From Lytechinus pictus (lineage: Eukaryota): 64,000 nucleotides of DNA. The first letter of the stretch is position 1; every line of letters begins with the position of its first letter. The position numbers were made by a program, and so were the translations under genes. This document shows positions 12,949 to 26,407 of the stretch, one piece after another. The notes beneath the pieces were generated by a model. That model saw nothing but the letters and a program-made list of their open reading frames with translations, did not search any database and had not been told where the DNA came from. The DNA lies in contig NC_087246.1 in assembly GCF_037042905.1 (NCBI RefSeq), positions 52,576,001-52,640,000 of the forward strand, written 5' to 3'.

Positions 12949-15900
12949 TTAAGAATTTGGTAGATTGGATTTATGCTTGAAGAACTGAAGATTCAGAAAC
13001 TTTTCAGTTCAAAATTCTTGTAAAATAGAAGATGCAATTTTCATGTCAGAGAAATATTTTAACACCTTTTCATGATACAGAATTATACTTGGGTGGAAAA
13101 GGTTACAATCAAGGTTTATATTTATGGACACTGAAATGGAATGTCTACTAATATTGATAGAGAATTTAAAAGAGAAAACTAGATGGAATAAGCAATTAGC
13201 TTGTGCATGGGTAAAACCTCAAAAGGGTTTACACCAAAGGGTTCTTGGTATTATTTATTGGCAAGCTGTCATTTGGCCATTCTTTTAATTTCCTGTCAAG
13301 AATATTATGTATTCCTTCCTTTCCTGTGGAAGGTGATAATTTTTTTTACAAGGAAGAGGTCTTGTCACATCCATCAAATGTTCTTCCTCTTCGTTTCAGA
13401 TTAATTTTGAAAAAAAATCTTTTAATGAAAGCTCTCTACCATTGTGTGGAAATAGAGAGCTGCGGAGTGCTCCATGAAAGGATTTGTCAAATGTTTTATC
13501 CAATAAAGTTTTATCTGACACTCTTCATAGTAGCAGTAAGACATCTGTGCTTCTCAGCCAATCAAAATCAAGGAAAGTTCTCAAATCTGATGACCTATTA
13601 CATGTACACCACAAATATAGTTGAAACACTCTCTTTTGATGGCATGGAGCTTGGAGACATCGGCCTACTGCACCAGTTCCTATGGAAACCAATTGCTCAA
13701 TAGTCACCTATACATCTTGTACCTTTTCGTTGAGATTGGAAATCATCTTCCTTCTTTTTTGTATCCATATTTTCTTGTAGCTTCATGGTCTCCCCTTTTC
13801 CTCCGATCCTCCAGTTGCACAATAACCGACTATTGGCTGCTGTATGCAGTCTTCATGTGCCTAGAGTTGTTCTTGAACCTGATGGTGTCCTCACTGTCAC
13901 AACACAATTCATATGCGTGTCCCAATGGCAAGGAATTCCTTCTGTCTGACTGAAGTCCACATTCCAACTGGGCTTTGTCAAACTCCATAGTCCACTAAAA
14001 CAGTAGTCCCTTTACATTTCAAAGAACCTTTGTCAGAATTTACAAACATGAAACTTTTGTTCCCATCACTAAAGTGTTTAGGTGGTGTGTGTTTTAGAGC
14101 TTTTAGGCATTGACAGCAAAAACAGTGATCAGAGACCAAACTTCCAGTCTGAAGTCCATAGGTTTCCCCATCCCACGATTTCCTTCATTTTCAAAGAAGC
14201 GTTATAATTCTAGGGATCCCGTTCCCCTCTTACCAATAGTGCCATAGTCCAATCTGAAATAAAAACAAAACAACATGTGAGAAAATATACAATAACTCAC
14301 ACGAGTTTCAATATTTGAAAGTCCACCCCACCCACATGGAATAGGAAAAACCCGAGAATGAAGTCCAATTTTGTGAATGAATGAATGAAATAGTATTGAT
14401 CTATTTTTGGTGCCATTCATTCAAGGTGCCTAATTGCCATCTAATGTGGGTTTGAATTTCAAGTTGAAAGTCCAATGTTAGGGGATTTTCTCCTTAAAAA
14501 AAGGATCACGTGTTGGCATTTTTGTATGGGTGTGGGACAAACTGTCACAGGTTCTCACACAATCGCCTTGTAATTTGGATGAGTGCTTTTGGTTGCCTTT
14601 CTTACTTCACTCCCCATTTTATGATTCATGGATTAAGGTACATGTGATGAACCACTCCATTGTATTTTGGGGTCCCATATCCTGTTCATATATGTTTAAG
14701 TAAAATATCTCCCCCGCATTTTAAGACCTTTTAAATTAATTTTCTTTTGCCTGGGTACTCATGGGCCAGTTCATGTACTTTCTAATAACAGGTGGTATGT
14801 AGAAAGTTTGCGAACATCTAGAACTTTAATAGCATCAAGTGACGCTTTAATTTTGAATTCTTAAACTATTCGCTAAGACCAATCACGACAAAGATTTGTT
14901 TTTAAGACAACCATATGTGGCACTATTAGGAATGCAAAAGACGTGTTTAGTAAAAATCAAAAGATCCAATGCACCATAAAGGCATGCTTTAAAAAAAAAA
15001 TCGAATTTATTAACATATAGTGTTTGAATGATACCAATTCTTCATGTTTGTAAAGCTTACTTTAAACATATTTTTGACAAGAATTTGTTTTGAGTAAATA
15101 TCAAACCCCTATGCTCTGACCTTTACATTTTGGTTGTGTCACATGTTTTCTGCAACTGCAATTTAGCAATCTATCTTATTGCTTGTATAGTGCTTTTTCA
15201 ATAAATCAGCAGTCCTGTACTGTGAAGTATTCTGATCATCATGACATTTTTCAAAATTCTCTTGGCTTTGTATCACCCACTCAGGTTTCCATAAAGTGAC
15301 AAGTTAAAATGTGGTCACTCTTTGTATTCATATATGATGTGTCTTCCAATAAAGGAATATATGTACCATGAAAATATCAGATTGAAGATTCATTTGTTTT
15401 TGTTTATTTTTTTTGGGGGGGGTGAAATTTATCAAATTTGTGGTTCTGTAATGCCCTCTCATTTTGAGCATCTTCATCTTGTTCGTGTGCATTAACTCCA
15501 TTTAATTAGGAATATTCTTGAATTTCCTCTTCATTACTTACTTCAGTGATAGTAATGGTATCAGTGCTTAACAGCATATTATACTATATTGTTTCAAACA
15601 AAGTCATTTGATTTCGGAAAGAATGTTTTGAGTGAAACAAAGTGTCATATCAATTAAAATACTCATGAGATGTTTCATTCTATTTGATCCAAGGGCTTTA
15701 TTCATCGCCAACCTTGGATAGGGACAAACAAATCCAGATATGTTCACAAATCAAGACCCAAGATTGGCCTTGCTCAATTCAATTGTTACTTAATTCTCTT
15801 TTGAACGGATGTGAATTCACTGTTCATTTTCTACTTCAGTGAAATATTGTCAAGTATATTTATCCAGAAACTTAATAATACAGACTAGTCTTGAATGCAG

Positions 15901-17930
15901 TGTCCTATAATCTGGTTCGAAATAGTTATTGCATTAAGCCATTATTTCAAGATGTTAGTATTCCATCCTAATTTTCATATCATCGTTTAAAAGAATTTGA
16001 ACATAATACTTTTGGGAAGAATCTAGGTGACCGAGTTGAAATAAAGCACAACCAAAGCGAAACTATAGGTGGCAGTGGACAATAAACAAACTTTAACAAT
16101 TCATGAAAAGAAAGGTAATAGCATTGCGCCAGAACACATACGTGCATGTACTAGACAATAGCCTGGGAGACAAGCAAGTATGTGATGGGAAATTCAAATG
16201 AAAAGAAAAAATAGAATAAATATGATTGATGGTGTTCTTTACGATAAGAAAGGGGGCGTATGCGGTGTTTGCCTTAGTTCTATTTGCAGTGATATTTAGT
16301 CTGGTAGGCCAGTGTAGAGATTTCCACTATTTCCTCTCTTTATTTCCACTGAACACCAAATTGCACAAATCTGTGAATAAAGTTGAATGGGGTGCCAACC
16401 AAGCCATAAACGTATGATGCATGCCATAAAGGAAGGGAGGATGATGGTTACAAAAGTGATTGCCCTAAATCATTTTTAATATAAAATATATGTTAGGTGG
16501 CCTCATCATACATGATCATAAGTAAATACAGGATCGTAAAATGTGCTAAATTCAGGTGTCTTTACTACTCTAAATTATTGGCTAGGAATTAAAAAGAATT
16601 TGGGGAAAACAAAAGAGAATCCAAGTGTGTTCTAAAGTATTGATTTGTGCTGGTGCAAGAGGAACCAAACCTTACCAGAAAACTATGCTCTAAATGAAAG
16701 TAGAAGTATCAGATATTCAGACTTCGAAAGTTTAAATGAAATTATACAGACAATTTTTAGAGCTTTCTTTACAAACAGCAGTGCCAAGTTATAAGATACC
16801 AAAAAAAAATATGTGCCAAATATATAAATCATACAATGACTGAAGACTTGTCACATGATATTGAAATCTATTTACAAATTAAGTTGCCAATTTGAAATTT
16901 TTGGGGATTAGACATCATTAAGGTTTTCACATTTATAGTCACACATTCATAATTCCCCTTGAATAATTGCCCCTTTTTTAGAGTATTTGTTGTTGTTGTA
17001 TTATGATTGGTATTTAGTGTTGATATGATTCTTTTGGCTGGCATTGGCCTCCAATATTTTTAAATTGTCCTGGAATTCTTGATCTATACAGGATCGTTGG
17101 AATGAATATACATGTATCACATTGCTTATATCCCATGGCAGCGCTTTTACTCCAGTTTTTGCTATGATGAACTTCCACAAAGAAAGGTATCAATTTTGGC
17201 TAAAATACTGGTTAAGACAAACAAAGAGAGAAAAGGATGTGAGTGTTTATAGAATTTATACTTTTTTTTCTGTGCAACGTGAATAGAGTTATTAGCATGC
17301 TACTTACAGTGTTCCTTTTAATATTTATTTTACCCACACTTATTAAAAGTAATATTTATCTTTAAATAAATTGGAAAGGTGATATCTCGGATGTTTCATG
17401 GGAAGAAAAGTAGCAACCTTATTTTTTGTGGAACAAGAAACAGGTCTTGTTGCTATCATGGTTATTGTATTTGATAAATGTACACTAGCTGAGTGTATGA
17501 TTGACAAATAGGTTTAAGTGGTTGGAAAGATTAGGAATTTTAATGGCTGATGTTTTAATTTGTAGCTGCATCATCTCAGGTATGCATTGTATATTACCTG
17601 AAGAATGGCTGAATGGGATGATAGGGGCAGATAAGAATTAAGTTTGGAGTTAATCATTTACCTCAGGATTTCAACAGCTTTACAAATATCGGACAATATT
17701 CCTTCCTCGGGGAACAGAGATATTGAAAAAAGTGGAGAAATATACATTTTATGGTGAATATTATATCCATGGGGTTGGTGGTCATATTTCCTTTTAATAC
17801 TTTATTTCACTTTCCGAGTGTCTAGTATTTGACATCTAAGGCTTATTTTAATCCAAAGCCATTAAATGGCATGACCATGAATATACTCCCCCCCCCCATT
17901 AGCCTCAGAGATTTGATGTGTTCATTTTAA

Positions 17931-18364
17931 GACCCCATTCTCATTACCGCCCTAAAACTAGTTTACTGGAGTGAGAACGCTCAAAGCTGTCTTTGACACG
18001 ATCTTCCAAACTGGTTCGGAAAACCACCTTGCGTTGTAGTTTTCAAGATCGCTTTGCCTCGTTACACTGGTTTTAGTGTAAGTGAGGACACAACCGTTCT
18101 TCAGGAAGCAATCTTCTGACATTTTGAGCACGCTACTCCACACACTGTGAAGAATATCTACGCTGCGGTTTCAAATTTCACGTGAAACGTCACCCCACTG
18201 AGAGCATTCCCGTAGCAACAAGACCACTTTACTTTTCGTGAAGTGGCTTGGAAAACCACTTTTGGGTGGTCAAATGGGAACGCTAGCAAAGCAATCTTCC
18301 AAACTGGTTTCCTGAACCGGTTTCCAGTATAACTAGTTTTATAAAGTACAATGAGAACAGGGTC
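17931..18364. mobile_element. Harbinger-like MITE
   Basis: Imperfect TIR GACCCCATTCTCATT...AAAACTAGTT / AACTAGTTTT...AATGAGAACAGGGTC; flanks TAA/CAA; internal repeat ATCTTCCAAACTGGTT. Confidence 0.75.
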
Positions 18365-18433
18365 CAATTTTTCATTTGTCCTGTGCCTGATTATTCAAAA
18401 TTTAGTGCCTGGACATTTGAAGGTGAACTGGTT

Positions 18434-18595
18434 TAATAATAATGGGCATTAATAGCGCCATCTTTCTAGAAGTATTCTATTCCGAGGCGCACAAGAAAAG
18501 AAAGAATGAGAGAGTTCGGATGAGTGTCAAAGTGCCAATAACTAATACTGTTAAAAAATATAAGACTTCAGTTTAGATTTGAAGGTCTCCAGTGA
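18434..18595 (-). mobile_element. 3' end of an L2/CR1-group LINE
   Basis: Minus strand encodes SLETFKSKLKSYIF (ORF2 C-terminus pattern), then a GCGCC..GGCGC stem-loop and (ATT)n tail. Confidence 0.7.
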
Positions 18596-19037
18596 TATAA
18601 TTCTTACATTCAACAAATTCTTAAATGTAATACTTGCGTTTCAAATCAATTATATTTGATTATTATTGTTACATTCAGTGTTTACAATGCCTCTTAATAT
18701 TTAAAAAAAATATATGTTAAAAAACCTACAGCTTCATTTAACAGAACCCCCCCCCCCATACATTTTGTAGAAAATATTCCATAGTCAATGGTTTCACCTG
18801 TTATAGAATCATTTCATTTAACTCATTTTCAAGTTCCATAATTTTAAAGTAAAGAAATAACTCAACATCACTATTATGTTAATTTACATTTCCCATGGCA
18901 TCAACAGACTGGTATTCCTGCCCTATTCAATTGCTTGCCATACAATATCCTACCACATTCATATCCCAAAACTTTGGTCTTCTATGACATTTGCAACTCT
19001 TTTGAACAAGCTCACATGCGTGGAAAATGTCATCCAG

Positions 19038-19216
19038 ATAGGTGTTTCATAAAACTGATGTAAGTTACGAGCGACTTTACCAACGACTGGTGATCCTTTC
19101 TTGTGGTAAATGACATACACCACATTTTCATTGATGATGATTTGGCACATAAGAAAGGATCACCAGTTGTTTGTAAAGTCACTCATAACTCACAACCAGC
19201 TTTATGAAACACCCAC
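19038..19216. mobile_element. Palindromic MITE with CAG TSD
   Basis: GGTGTTTCATAAA...TTTATGAAACACC; CAG on both sides; sister copy at 61167. Confidence 0.85.
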
Positions 19217-22028
19217 CAGGTTTATTTGAAGTCGTTTACTATATTTCAGTTGGGTCCACAATGGTGTATTCAATGGAAGCAGATAGCGTATATGATTCCC
19301 AATTAGTATGAGCCTGATCAAATTCCTGAGACTCCTGTATTTTGGTACACTTTGGCCTTTCTCTCTCTGGTTTGCGGGCTCAGTTACAGATTCCTCTCAC
19401 CTTGTTTTGAAGAAAATGAACTCGAGTTGTTCGTTCTTTTGTTGTCTCGGTTTTCCTACCATTGTATATCCTGTCTGTTTATTAATTGCTGCAGTATAAC
19501 CTGACTTTTTAAGAGCAGGTTGCTTGCCATTCGATGTATTTAGTATCCCTCTCGCAGTTTTCCACAAAGTAATTTCTCGGAGGAAACTCAGTTGCGTCAC
19601 CTAGAACAGTTTTCAAATTCAGAAAGTTTTGTTTTAGATTTTCATTGAGATTACAAAATTATTTTGCCTTGAACATACATAGCTGTGAGTTATTGCCATA
19701 TCAGCAATATGGGGCACTCTGGTTTTAAGGTCTTATCCTTCATGAATAATCGGTTACCAACTTTTTAGATCCTCTTGAGGTCCTTCAAGTTTTGCAATAG
19801 AGGAATACCTCCTTTGAATGGTATATCATCTCTTTATCGTTGATGGGCTGTTTAAACATTGTATCTCAAAAATTTAAAATTTGATAATAGTCCAGATGAA
19901 GCTGTTTTAAAGTTTTGATGTTAGTGACAATCTGCCTTTTCTCTAAAACGCAGTTCTGTACAAGAAATAGACTGTTTTTGAAGTTGACATTATTGTCATA
20001 ATTTTAAACATACAATTATGGTTTCTCAAAATTGTGATGACTTTGGTGCCAAGTAAAAACTCTGTTTTGGTTTGTTCTGATAATTTCAAACCAGATTTAA
20101 TTAAGGAAGAACGTGACCTATCCCTTTGATATTAAAGAAAAACAATACAGGCAGTGTGGAAGGAGGGCTGAAAATGAAAGCGTTGGGACAATGTAAGCCA
20201 AAACAGGAAAACACTCGCCATTGTTTAGGCCAAATCGGTTGGTAAGTAAGAAGAGCTGGTTTTCTCTGCATGTGGGTTTAGCATATAAAAGATTGGAAAA
20301 TGGCTTCATGTTACATGGTGTGATATATAGGATTGGATAAAATTATGGGTTATTTAGTGACGAAAGGGTGTTAAACCTGTGTTGAAGTATATCTTGTGCC
20401 ATTTAGGCACCAAAAAGCTTTTTTATGAAAAGGAAAATAATGACCTTCCTAATTGACCTTCCTAATTAGTCTTGTGATTCTTGTAGATGCATGGGATCGA
20501 AAGATAAAATCCATTATTTAGAAAGGGGAGGAGAAACAATATATGCTTAAATATGCCTAGCACAGTTGATAAGTGATCATTGGGTAACAAAATTTTCCTG
20601 ACATTGTAAGAATGAAATATAAAGATATGTGATGGGATTGTTTTCATGGTAAAAAATAAGGTTTATTTAAAGAAAAGTGATCATCACATAGATGTTTGAA
20701 TTTCTTTTAATTGAATCTACTTCATTTCATAGCAGATTAAATGTGATAAAAACAACTTGTGAACCAATTACAAGGGAAAATATTGTATGGAATTGTAGTT
20801 AATATTAGTCAAGGAAATACAAAAGGAAATTACTTCCCTTTTAAACTGGTTTCCCCACAAGTTTATAATAGTTTCAATTAACAGGATGTATTTCATAATC
20901 TACATCTTTATAAAAAAAATCTTTTCTATAGCCCTATATGTTTTCACTAATCTTTGAAGAGATTGATTTGTAACTGTCATTTTCTTTGACATTGATTATA
21001 AATTATAAAATAATTCTTGTAATATTGAAATGTATGGTCACTTTATTCACTTATTAAATTTTCAAATACAATGTTATTAAAACTAACTGTGTTTAGCATG
21101 AGTACTCAAATGTGTAAACATTGTATTTTTTATATTCTTAGCTTCTAGTTTTGTGCTTTACACACCTGTAAAGAGTTTTGGTATATCCTTAATTTTCTTT
21201 TTCAGTTAAAAATTTGTATTGTCATATAAAACGGGCAATCAATGCACAGTTATATGTCGACATGTTCTGTGATAGATCTAAGCTTACAGGAACATACAAC
21301 AAACTCTAAAGTATAAGCTTGGGGTTAAAATAGGATATTAACCACTTCTCAAACTGGTGTGAAAATTTCAGGATACAATTCTTATAATTTAACTATACCA
21401 TGTATTGAATAATACTATTAGCTTCCCTGAGTGATACTGGTATTGATTTCACCCATGGTTTATTTATGAATATGGTCCATTGAATTTAAATTGAACTTTG
21501 TCATAGGCAGCTCTGTAGAGCTATATCCATGCTCCTTCGTTTACCCTTCATTTGTATTCTTTCTTTGAAGTGTGAAAATAAGGTAGTTAAGAATGACAAT
21601 TTCTGAGGAAACGAGGTCTCTCCATAGAGGTCATATTCTATTTTTTTATACATAAAAACTCTATGTAATGGTTTTGTTACCATAGACGATTAGTGTACAA
21701 TACATTTGTCAAAGAATGTAATTATTCATTTATCTTTTATTGTAGTATAAAGTGAGATTTGAATTCTAGGTGCAATAGTCTGCATGTTCTAAAAGTAGTG
21801 CTCACAACTTGATTTGATTAGTTTTAAAAACTTTTAATAATATACAAATGATGCAAGAAATGTAGGCATGAGTATAATCTTTTGAAATAAGAAGGGATAC
21901 TATTCTGTCTAAGATTCAAATTCATCTTAGTTCAATCCATTTCCAGCAGAAGAAATTTAAGAACTACAATGAAATGTATATAATCATACAAACATTTGTA
22001 AATCAAAATATTAATTTTCCATATTTAA

Positions 22029-22639
22029 AGGACAAGTCCACCCCAACAAAAAGTTGATTTGAAAAAAAGGAGAAAAATCCAACAAGCAAAACACTGAAAA
22101 TTTCATCAAAATCTGATGTAAAATAAGAAAGTTATGACATTTTAAAGTTTCGCTTAATTTCACAAAACAGTTATATGCACATCCTGGTCGGTATGCAAAT
22201 TGGCAGACTGATGACGTCACCCACTCACTATTTCTTTTGTATTTTATTATATGAAATATGAAATATTCTAATTTTCTCCTCCTTGTCAAGTGAAACAAAG
22301 TTTTATTTCTCCCTGAACATGTGGAATTACCATTATTACCATTTTAATAGTTTATGGTTAAGTTAAGTTGGTCCTTATTGTCAAATCTGTAAAAATTGAA
22401 ATATTGTATTATTCAAACAATAAAAAACAAAAGAAATAGTGAGTGATGGACATCATTGACTCTCTCATTTGCATATCGCTGAGTTGTGCATTTAACTGTT
22501 TTGTGAAAAATAAGCGAAAGTTAAAAATGTCATAACTTTCTTATTTTACATCCGATTTCGATGAAATTTGCAGCGTTATGTTTGTTTGATTTTTCTCTAT
22601 CGATTCAAATCAACACTTTTTTTGGGGTGGACTTGACCT
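22029..22639. mobile_element. TTAA-TSD MITE (Kolobok-like), copy 2
   Basis: Near-identical to 12345-12948, same orientation, TTAA on both sides. Confidence 0.92.
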
Positions 22640-23015
22640 TTAAGCATTAAATACAAGAGCAAATTGTCATATATGATATAAATTAGATTCTAATTACTCA
22701 ATAGAAGTATTATTTTGGTGAAGGCACAGATGTTTGTTTGCTTTAGTTTGTTGGAAAGTTGGAATAAGACTTTGTTTGATCTAATTAGTAAGGGGAGGGG
22801 CACATGCAAGTACCTCTGACTTCCAATTCGGACAGAAGTGCCATTAACCTGTTACCTTGGCTTACAATTGGTGAGCTTTAGTTTGGTGTGTAATACAATT
22901 AAGACCTAATTTAATATGATATAGATTGATCTGCCAGACTGCCTTTTAGTAAAGTGCAAATTACATTCTGATCTACTTTCAGAGTCAGATCCTCGCTCCT
23001 TAACCTGTCCATTAA

Positions 23016-23086
23016 TATAAGTGAAAAGTCAAAGTTATATATCGTTGTTATTAATCACAATAGATAACTTTGACTTTTCACTTATA
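23016..23086. repeat. Perfect 23-bp inverted repeat forming a ~70-85-nt hairpin
   Basis: TATAAGTGAAAAGTCAAAGTTAT (23016-23038) / ATAACTTTGACTTTTCACTTATA (23064-23086). Confidence 0.9.
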
Positions 23087-23329
23087 AATATTAATTAGAG
23101 ATTTTCTTAGAATAAGACACACCTCTCTTGCACTTTCATTACTCTCTATTACTATTGCACTTCCATTACTTTCTATTACAATTTCACTTGCATCAGCTTG
23201 ATCCATTACTTCTTGGCGATAACTACAGTACAGTCCTAAACCCAACTTTCAAATACTAGTGTATTGTAAATTTTGAGTGAACCATGTATACCTGAGTTGG
23301 AATTATTTCCTCATGTTGACATGTTTTCA

Positions 23330-23430
23330 TCATCTTTTTGTTTCTGTGTATATGCATTGTATCTACATGTGTGTAAACCAGTGAAAATATAATTTCCTTT
23401 ATGGACGATAAAGTTATTCAATTCAATTCA
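23330..23430 (+). mobile_element. LINE 3' tail fragment
   Basis: AATTTCCTTTATGGACGATAAAGTT followed by an (ATTCA)n tail. Confidence 0.5.
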
Positions 23431-25505
23431 TTTGTGGCTGCACCGCGACAGCATAGTGCATTATACATTGATTGCATTGCACTGCACTGCACTAAAAGTC
23501 AGATCGATCCTGTACCGAATATCTGTCTAGCCTATACGCCCGACGGGCAACCTGCACCCACAGATCTGAATAACGCCATTCAGTTCACTTCGATCTTGGC
23601 ATTGTAATGGCAACATATCTCATGCAACTCTTTTTTTTTTTTAAGAAAAACTTTTTGTTCTCTACAGTTGATGTGTTGTTTTGATACACACACAATGAAA
23701 CCAACTGGGTCACCCGTGCAATGTACCTTTCGCCATCTAACAAGCTAGTGCTTCCACATTGCACAGATATAAACCCACCTCGTCATATTTTGTCCTGTGC
23801 TTTTGAAATAATAATTTTTCTTTTGTGTTGCTATGTTATTGTGTCTAGTCATTCAACTGCATATCGCCCGGGCATCTGGGTCTATTATTGCCTGTAGTAA
23901 GGAAGATGCCTTTTGCTTTACTACACCGGATCTATTGAAAAACTACACCCATAATGATCAATATGCAGTATTTGACTGATTCGGCTGAAGATATGAAATA
24001 CATGAATACATTATTGTTGATAGAAATAAATGAATATGATACCCAACACTTCTTTAGATTTATAAGCTGTGTACCCTTTCACTCACTCATTTATTGATTT
24101 GCCATTCAGCTTTGTCAAAAGCAGAGGAGCTCCATCGTTGAAGTTTGATCCGTTTTATGCATTATAAAACATGTTTTTATTTGATGATGTAAATATGATA
24201 TATCTTTTGATAATAACAGTTTACCATTTGATTGTCAGTTGTAGTTTTGTTACTAGTATGCCTGCATGCACGGCTACTGCCATATAGAATCACAGTTCCC
24301 TTAATACAGGCCTTATCATTTTCATGTACGTACTATCCAGCAAAAACGGTCCTTGAAACTCTTCATATATTGGCGATGCAAAGTTGGCCCTATTTATTTT
24401 GGTAATTAATGCACAGTTTGCTATACGTGGGACTAGGTCATGTTTGTGACCTCACAAGCCATATGTATGTGCAGACCTTGGGAGTATTGTTGTGTATATA
24501 GGTAGACTATAGGCCTTAGCACCGATGTTTGGTTAGCAGCTCCTACTATAGATATATTTGTACTTGACTTGGCAGCTCATCGAAAATGAAATCAAGCATT
24601 CCTGGCTCTCGTTCTTGTGTAGAATGCTATGCTCGCAAATCAATTTATTCTGGAATGATATGTGATATATAGGCCAGATTGAGAGAGCTAGAATACGTAT
24701 ATAAGTTAGAGATAATGGGAATTAAATTGTAGTTGTGTTTTGAAGTGATGAGTACATCCTTATTGTGCTGTTTTTCCCCCTCTCTCTTTCTCTGTATCCG
24801 TCTATCTCTCTCCTTGTCTCTCTCTTTCTCTCTCCTGATATATTATCATATTTTCATTCATACTTATCCAACTTTTGTTACACTTGCAATACCCCCTCAT
24901 ATCAAGGAGATATCAGTGATATCTCCTTGCTCATATTCTACGCAGTATAATGCACCATCAAATAAAAATTGAAGCACAGCTTGAGTTCTTCATTTCTTCA
25001 TTTAAGTTAAAAAGTTTATGAATATATTTGGTACTAAAGGACCAGATTTGAATGAATATCTTGTGTCTCCATCCCCTGTCTATTTCTTTTATATAACTTC
25101 ACTTGAAGCAAAAACAAAATAATAAATGTTGTAGGTAAAATGAGATTTTAACAAACGGTGGCAGTGCAACTGCAAGGAATTCATTGCTACTGTTACTTCA
25201 GGAGATATACAATAATAGCTCACTACCCATTTCTTTTTCCTATATTTACTATTGCCTTGGAATGCACTGCAGAGCAGTTAGCTGAAATTGATCCTTGATC
25301 AATTTGAAGTATATCCACAATACAGGGATGTCATGTTTCAGAAATTCAGACTTTATCAATGTATTTTTACATGTAGAAAGCACCTGTTTTCATCCAGAAA
25401 AGGGGTAATTCTTGATGATTTCAGGCTTTTTTAAATAAATTCTAAATGACATCCCTAAAAATGAAAAAAAAATGTAGCTACTACAATTCTTGTTTCCTTT
25501 CACAG

Positions 25506-25742
25506 AGAATGATCTAAATGGACAACCATCTCAGTGCTCCATTTGTGGCGACAGAGCGACCGGGAAGCACTATGGAGCAGCGTCCTGCGATGGATGCAAG
25601 GGATTCTTCAGGAGGAGCGTGCGCAAGAACCACCAGTACACCTGTCGCTTCGCCAGGAACTGCGTGGTGGACAAGGACAAGAGGAATCAATGTAGATACT
25701 GTAGATTAAAGAAGTGCTTCAGAGCCGGCATGAAGAAAGAAG
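25506..25742 (+). CDS. HNF4: HNF4 exon: complete C4 zinc-finger DNA-binding domain
   Basis: Acceptor TTTCCTTTCACAG|; encodes [69 protein letters not shown] with the NR2A P-box DGCKG; donor G|GTACTG. Confidence 0.98.
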
Positions 25743-26288
25743 GTACTGAGAAATCATTGTTAAACAGTCTTCCTTTTTCATTTGACTTATTCTTGGATTA
25801 TATCCAAGATGAATCTGATTTTAGAGCAATTTTGATACATGATATTACCAGTATGTAGGAGCTTTGGAATGCAGATATTGAGAGAAGTCTATATATAGTT
25901 CACTACCAATAAAAATGGAACTGATCTGAACAAAATGATTGTATTTGATTGTGTTTGTCCATTAACTTACTGGTATATGATTTTTAAGTTTAGAGTATAA
26001 TATTAACATCTCATTTCTGACTGAACATTATTTTATACTTTTGTAAATAATGAAAATTACTGTTTTATAGAAAACATGAAGAAAACACATTTATTCCAAA
26101 TCTATATTGAAAATTATCACTCCTACAAAGTTACCATGAATGTTTACTGCAAAGTGGAAGTATCAAATGCTCAATGATATTCCAAATGATTTCATGGGTC
26201 CTTTCAAAAGAATGGTTTGAGGATAGACATTAGTCAAGTTGATACATTATAATTTGACTGATATGAGTAGCTTGTTCTTCCCTTCCAG

Positions 26289-26407
26289 CTGTTCAGAATG
26301 AGAGAGATCGCATCAGTACTAGGAGACCAAGCTATGAGGATGGTCTACAGAATGGAGGTGTCTCTATCCCACAGCTTGTCAATGCAGAACACATGTCAAG
26401 ACAAGTC
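26289..26407 (+). CDS. HNF4: HNF4 exon: T-box/hinge ([19 protein letters not shown]...AEHMSRQV)
   Basis: Acceptor CCCTTCCAG|; diagnostic [13 protein letters not shown]; donor GTAAGT at 26408, alternative GT at 26405. Confidence 0.95.

Noticed and set aside
12309-22298. Two near-identical ~100-aa minus-strand ORFs (MFHL.RRRKLEYF)
   Set aside because: Chance frames in two copies of the same MITE, starting at non-ATG codons
23650-23700. Strong acceptor TTTTTGTTCTCTACAG as an extra HNF4 exon
   Set aside because: Stop within 6 codons in the required phase and no convincing donor
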